Positions 60,401 to 64,000 of a DNA stretch of 64,000 bases are shown here, piece by piece. A program made the translations under genes and the position numbers. Location: assembly GCA_964414415.1 (NCBI GenBank), contig CAYPWJ010000001.1, forward strand, positions 138,701-202,700, in the 5' to 3' direction. The stretch's first letter is position 1. Every line of letters begins with the position of its first letter. The DNA is from an uncultured Thermoplasmatales archaeon. Its GTDB lineage: Archaea > Thermoplasmatota > E2 > UBA202 > DSCA01. Below the pieces are notes generated by a model. It was not told the origin of the DNA and made no database searches. It saw nothing but the letters and a program-made list of their open reading frames with translations.

Positions 60401-60943
60401 TTACAGGAACCCTCGCTTGTCGAGCTCCTCGGTGATGACGTCCACGGCTCGCTCGACGTCCTTGCGTCGCTTGGCGCCGGTGCAGACGATTTTACCGGAG
60501 CCAAAAAACAGGAATACGACGTTTGGGTCACGGAGCCGGTACACCATACCCGGGAATATTTCGGGTTCGTATTCGATGTTTTCGAGACCGAGCGCCAGAG
60601 ACAGCTCGAGCAGATTGAGGTGCACGTGCAGGTCGACCGAGGCGACGATGTTCTGTATGTTGACCTCGGGCTTGATGACGTCGAATCCCAGGTCCTTCAT
60701 CTTGGGGTAGAGCTTGCCGACTGCCGTCTCGATGTCTTCCTTGTTGCGTGCACCGGTGCAGATGACTCTGCCGCTCTTGAACAGCAGAAACGCGATTTTC
60801 GGTTCCTTGATGTGGTAGACAAGCCCCGGAAACTGCTCGGGGTTATACTTGGTGTCGTCGAGCGCCTCGTCGATCTTGTCCAGGTCCAGTTCCTCTGCTA
60901 TCACGGTCGATGCGACCATATTCTGTATCTTAATGTCAGCCAT
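60401..60943 (-). CDS. tbp: TATA-box binding protein
   Basis: Two repeats: IQNMVAS...YNPEQFPGLVY...LF.SG...TGA and IQNIVAS...YEPEIFPG.VY. Confidence 0.97.
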   Translation of the reverse strand: MADIKIQNMVASTVIAEELDLDKIDEALDDTKYNPEQFPGLVYHIKEPKIAFLLFKSGRVICTGARNKEDIETAVGKLYPKMKDLGFDVIKPEVNIQNIVASVDLHVHLNLLELSLALGLENIEYEPEIFPGMVYRLRDPNVVFLFFGSGKIVCTGAKRRKDVERAVDVITEELDKRGFL

Positions 60944-61029
60944 TTTTTCCACCTTTTTATACCTTTTATATGCTTTTATATATGCAACAGGGGGCACATA
61001 AACTTTTTGGCCCTCACGCTGCGAATGGA

Positions 61030-61431
61030 CTACCCTGTCGGCTTGAACTTGTATCCGTAGTGAATGGCACCCGCCTTTCCGTCCTGGTAGATGCGCCGGA
61101 AGCACGCCTCAACCTGCATGCCGATTGACACCTCGTCAGGGTCAGCATCCACGATTTGCGCCGTCAGATAGGGACCCTCATCCATCCTGATGAGAGCGAT
61201 GACATACGGTTCTTCCTTCTCGAAATGCGGCGGGGGTGCATTGATGACGGTGTAGCTCTCAACCACACCGATACCCTCGAGTTTGTAGTCCTCCATGTTG
61301 CCGACCGATGCACGTCTGCATTCAGGACACATCGACCGGGGCGGAAAGTACACCGTGCCACAGGCACCGCACTTCGTGCCGATGAGATTATATCGCTGCG
61401 GTATCTCTCTCCAATACCGTGGCACACCCAT
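61030..61431 (-). CDS. DUF35 Zn-ribbon/OB-fold scaffold of the thiolase-HMGCS complex
   Basis: WR....RY.L.G.KC..CG..YFPPR..CP.C, YGYKF. Confidence 0.92.
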   Translation of the reverse strand: MGVPRYWREIPQRYNLIGTKCGACGTVYFPPRSMCPECRRASVGNMEDYKLEGIGVVESYTVINAPPPHFEKEEPYVIALIRMDEGPYLTAQIVDADPDEVSIGMQVEACFRRIYQDGKAGAIHYGYKFKPTG

Positions 61432-62597
61432 TATATCGCCTCCAATATGTGGATGACGGCTGTTCCGCCGGAGCCACCGACGTTATGCGTCAACCCGAGC
61501 GCTGCATCGTCAACCTGGCGTTTGTCGGCTTGGGCGCGGAGCTGCAACATCAACTCGTGTATCTGCGCGATACCGGTCGCACCGACGGGATGTCCCTTCG
61601 ACTTGAGGCCCCCTGACGTGTTCACGGGGAGCTCGCCGTCCAGCGTCGTCAGCCCATCGTCAATGGCACGGCCGCCTTCGCCCTTCTCGACGAAGCCGAG
61701 ATCCTCGATGGCCATGATCTCCGCGATGGTAAAGCAGTCATGCACCTCTGCCACGTCGACATCTGCCGGCGATACACCGGCTCGTCGGTAGGCCCGACGG
61801 GATGCCGTCATCGCTGCAGGAATGCCATCAAAGCGGCTGCGCTCGCTCAGGGAAACGCTGTCCGCAGCCGTCTCGGAGGCAGCTATCCTGACCGGCTCGT
61901 CGGTGAACTCCTTTGCCTTGTCCATCGACGAGATGACGACGGCGCCGGCACCATCGGTGATGGGGCTGCAATCCAGCAGATGCAACGGGTCGGCTACAAT
62001 GGTGGAGTTGAGCACAGCCTCCACGGATACCTCCTTCCGGTACTGCGCCTTCGGGTTCAACGTGCCGTTGTGATGGTTTTTAACCGCGACCTGCGCCAGC
62101 TGCTCCTCCGTCGTGCCATATTTATGCATGTGGTAGCGGGCCATCAGCGCGTACAGACCGGGAAACGTGACGCCGAAGAATGCCTCCCATTCCCGGTTTG
62201 CCGCCGAAGCCAGAATGTTGGTCGCCTCGGTGCCGGCGACATCGGTCATTTTTTCTGCGCCGCCGACGACGACCACGTCGTACATACCCGACGCGACAGC
62301 CAGATACCCGTTGTGGAGCGCCAGGCTGCCCGATGCACAGGCCGCTTCGACGCGCGTCGAGGGGATGTGCAGTTCGCTCAAGCCTGAAACCTCTGCGGCG
62401 AGCGAGCCGAGATGCTCCTGCCCGACGAAGCGCCCGGCAGACATGCCGCCGATGTACATCGCCTCTATGTCTTCGCCCTCGATGCCGGCATCCATGATCG
62501 CTGAGATGCCCGCCTCGGCGACAAGGTCAGCGAGCGATTGCTCCCAAAGTTCACCAAACTGGGTAAGGCCGCCACCGATAAGTGCTACGTCTCTCAT
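61431..62597 (-). CDS. Acetoacetyl-CoA thiolase (mevalonate pathway)
   Basis: [36 protein letters not shown]. Confidence 0.93.
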   Translation of the reverse strand: MRDVALIGGGLTQFGELWEQSLADLVAEAGISAIMDAGIEGEDIEAMYIGGMSAGRFVGQEHLGSLAAEVSGLSELHIPSTRVEAACASGSLALHNGYLAVASGMYDVVVVGGAEKMTDVAGTEATNILASAANREWEAFFGVTFPGLYALMARYHMHKYGTTEEQLAQVAVKNHHNGTLNPKAQYRKEVSVEAVLNSTIVADPLHLLDCSPITDGAGAVVISSMDKAKEFTDEPVRIAASETAADSVSLSERSRFDGIPAAMTASRRAYRRAGVSPADVDVAEVHDCFTIAEIMAIEDLGFVEKGEGGRAIDDGLTTLDGELPVNTSGGLKSKGHPVGATGIAQIHELMLQLRAQADKRQVDDAALGLTHNVGGSGGTAVIHILEAI

Positions 62598-63625
62598 GCA
62601 AACTCACCCCTATGTTTCATGTACATGCCATAGTCAAGGTATTCAGTATCCTCCAGCATCGCACGGATGTCGTTCCGCTCGTAGTCCTCAATGCCACCGG
62701 TAACAGTGATGTCGAATGAATCTGAGCCGGCACCGGAGCCATAGGAGGTCGCAAGGATGCGGTCCCCCGGCTCGGCGACGTCAAGGACGGCTGACAGCCC
62801 CAGCGGCGTCGACCCGGAATAGGTGTTGCCGATATGCGGGCACAGCAGCCCCTCCTCTATCTGCTCCTGAGAGAAACCAAGCTTGCCGGCCACCCGGGTA
62901 GGGAACTTGCCGTTCGGCTGATGGAAGACCGCGTAGTCATAGTCAGCGGGCTCGGTGCCCATCTGCTCCATGAGTCGCTCCGTCGCCGCCATCACGTGCC
63001 GGAAATAAGCCGGTTTGCCGGTAAAGCGGCCACCGTGACCGGGATAGGGCTCGCCTTCACGGCGCCAGAAGTCAGGTGTATCGGTGGTAAAGGAAAGCGT
63101 CTTGTTGACCTCGGCGATGAGGTTGTCGCAGCCAAGGATAAATGCAGCGCCGCCGGCAGCGGCTGCATATTCCAGCGCGTCTCCTGGAGCGGCCTGCGAG
63201 ACGTCGGCGCCGATGGCCATGCCGTAGGTTATCATGTCCGCCTTGGCCAGCGCCAGGCAGTTCTGCATCGCCGCCGTGCCGGCCTTGCAGGCAAACTCGT
63301 AATCAGCTGCTGTCAGATCCGGGGTAGCCTGGACCGCCTCAGCGACGATGGTGGCGGTGGGCTTGACAGCATATGGATGGGATTCAGAGCCGACGTACAG
63401 GGCACCGACATCTCGTGCGTCGATACCCGACAGCCGGACGGCCCGCCGTGCCGCCTCGACCGAGATGGTGGCGGTGTCCTCGTCGAGTGCGGGCACCGAT
63501 TTTTCGTGGACCATCAGACCGGCGGCAACCGCCGCCCCGTCTCGTCCCCACATACGAGCGATTTCACCTGTTTTTATTCTATATCTGGGAACATACGCCC
63601 CATAACCGACAATGCCAGCTTTCAT
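62594..63625 (-). CDS. Archaeal HMG-CoA synthase
   Basis: [47 protein letters not shown]. Confidence 0.95.
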   Translation of the reverse strand: MKAGIVGYGAYVPRYRIKTGEIARMWGRDGAAVAAGLMVHEKSVPALDEDTATISVEAARRAVRLSGIDARDVGALYVGSESHPYAVKPTATIVAEAVQATPDLTAADYEFACKAGTAAMQNCLALAKADMITYGMAIGADVSQAAPGDALEYAAAAGGAAFILGCDNLIAEVNKTLSFTTDTPDFWRREGEPYPGHGGRFTGKPAYFRHVMAATERLMEQMGTEPADYDYAVFHQPNGKFPTRVAGKLGFSQEQIEEGLLCPHIGNTYSGSTPLGLSAVLDVAEPGDRILATSYGSGAGSDSFDITVTGGIEDYERNDIRAMLEDTEYLDYGMYMKHRGEFA

Positions 63626-63683
63626 AAGCTCGCCTCTGCCCCCACATGGGCTCTTCGTATTTAAACGTGACGCTCACAGGCGG

Positions 63684-63953
63684 CTACCGGCCTCGGGGCT
63701 CCTGCCCCGCCTGTAGATGCTCGACCGGTACCACGGTATGTGTTTTGGTGTCCGCGACGCCTTCGATGGGACGGATGCGGTTGAGCACCACCCCGGCCAG
63801 CTCCTCCTCGCTCTGCACCTCGACCTTCGCGATGATGTCATACGGGCCAAAAAGAGAATACAGCTCCGTGACCTCGTCGATGGTAGACAACGCCTCCTTT
63901 GTCTCCTGCTCCTCCGTCGGCACAATCGAAATGAGGACGTATCCGGCTGTCAT
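63684..63953 (-). CDS. Stand-alone Lrp/AsnC ligand-binding (RAM) domain protein
   Basis: GYVLI...P..E......L..I.EV.E...LFGPYDIIAKV......IR.IEGV..T.T. Confidence 0.88.
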   Translation of the reverse strand: MTAGYVLISIVPTEEQETKEALSTIDEVTELYSLFGPYDIIAKVEVQSEEELAGVVLNRIRPIEGVADTKTHTVVPVEHLQAGQEPRGR

Positions 63954-64000
63954 ATATCGATATGCGCTATCTGGTTATATTGCTTGCCCCCGCAGGAGAG

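Overview
This is a gene-dense, GC-rich archaeal chromosomal segment, most consistent with Thermoplasmatota: RadA/RadB, TBP, Rpo11, Csl4, eL15, aIF5A, a Trm56-HD fusion, bacterial-type PurH, and the thiolase/DUF35/HMG-CoA synthase cluster. Most of it is housekeeping, plus a group 3b [NiFe] sulfhydrogenase operon with its protease and HypE. Unusual content: (1) a membrane protein-histidine kinase-response regulator locus followed by a palindromic operator and a LuxE-type acyl-protein synthetase plus transglutaminase-like gene pair, with a second transglutaminase paralog 15 kb away; this is the best candidate for an undescribed regulated acyl-transfer system; (2) a 1,536-bp IS with a 5-bp target duplication that splits nadA in a nadA-iscS-iscU operon; (3) a bacterial-type QueF nitrile reductase; (4) several small ORFs missed or mis-started by the ORF track, including a half-LIM zinc-finger peptide; (5) a radical SAM/SPASM gene under an HTH repressor with a visible operator; (6) a lower-GC patch of PGF-CTERM surface proteins. 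I found no rRNA, tRNA or CRISPR array. All family calls come from motif recognition by eye; no database searches were run.
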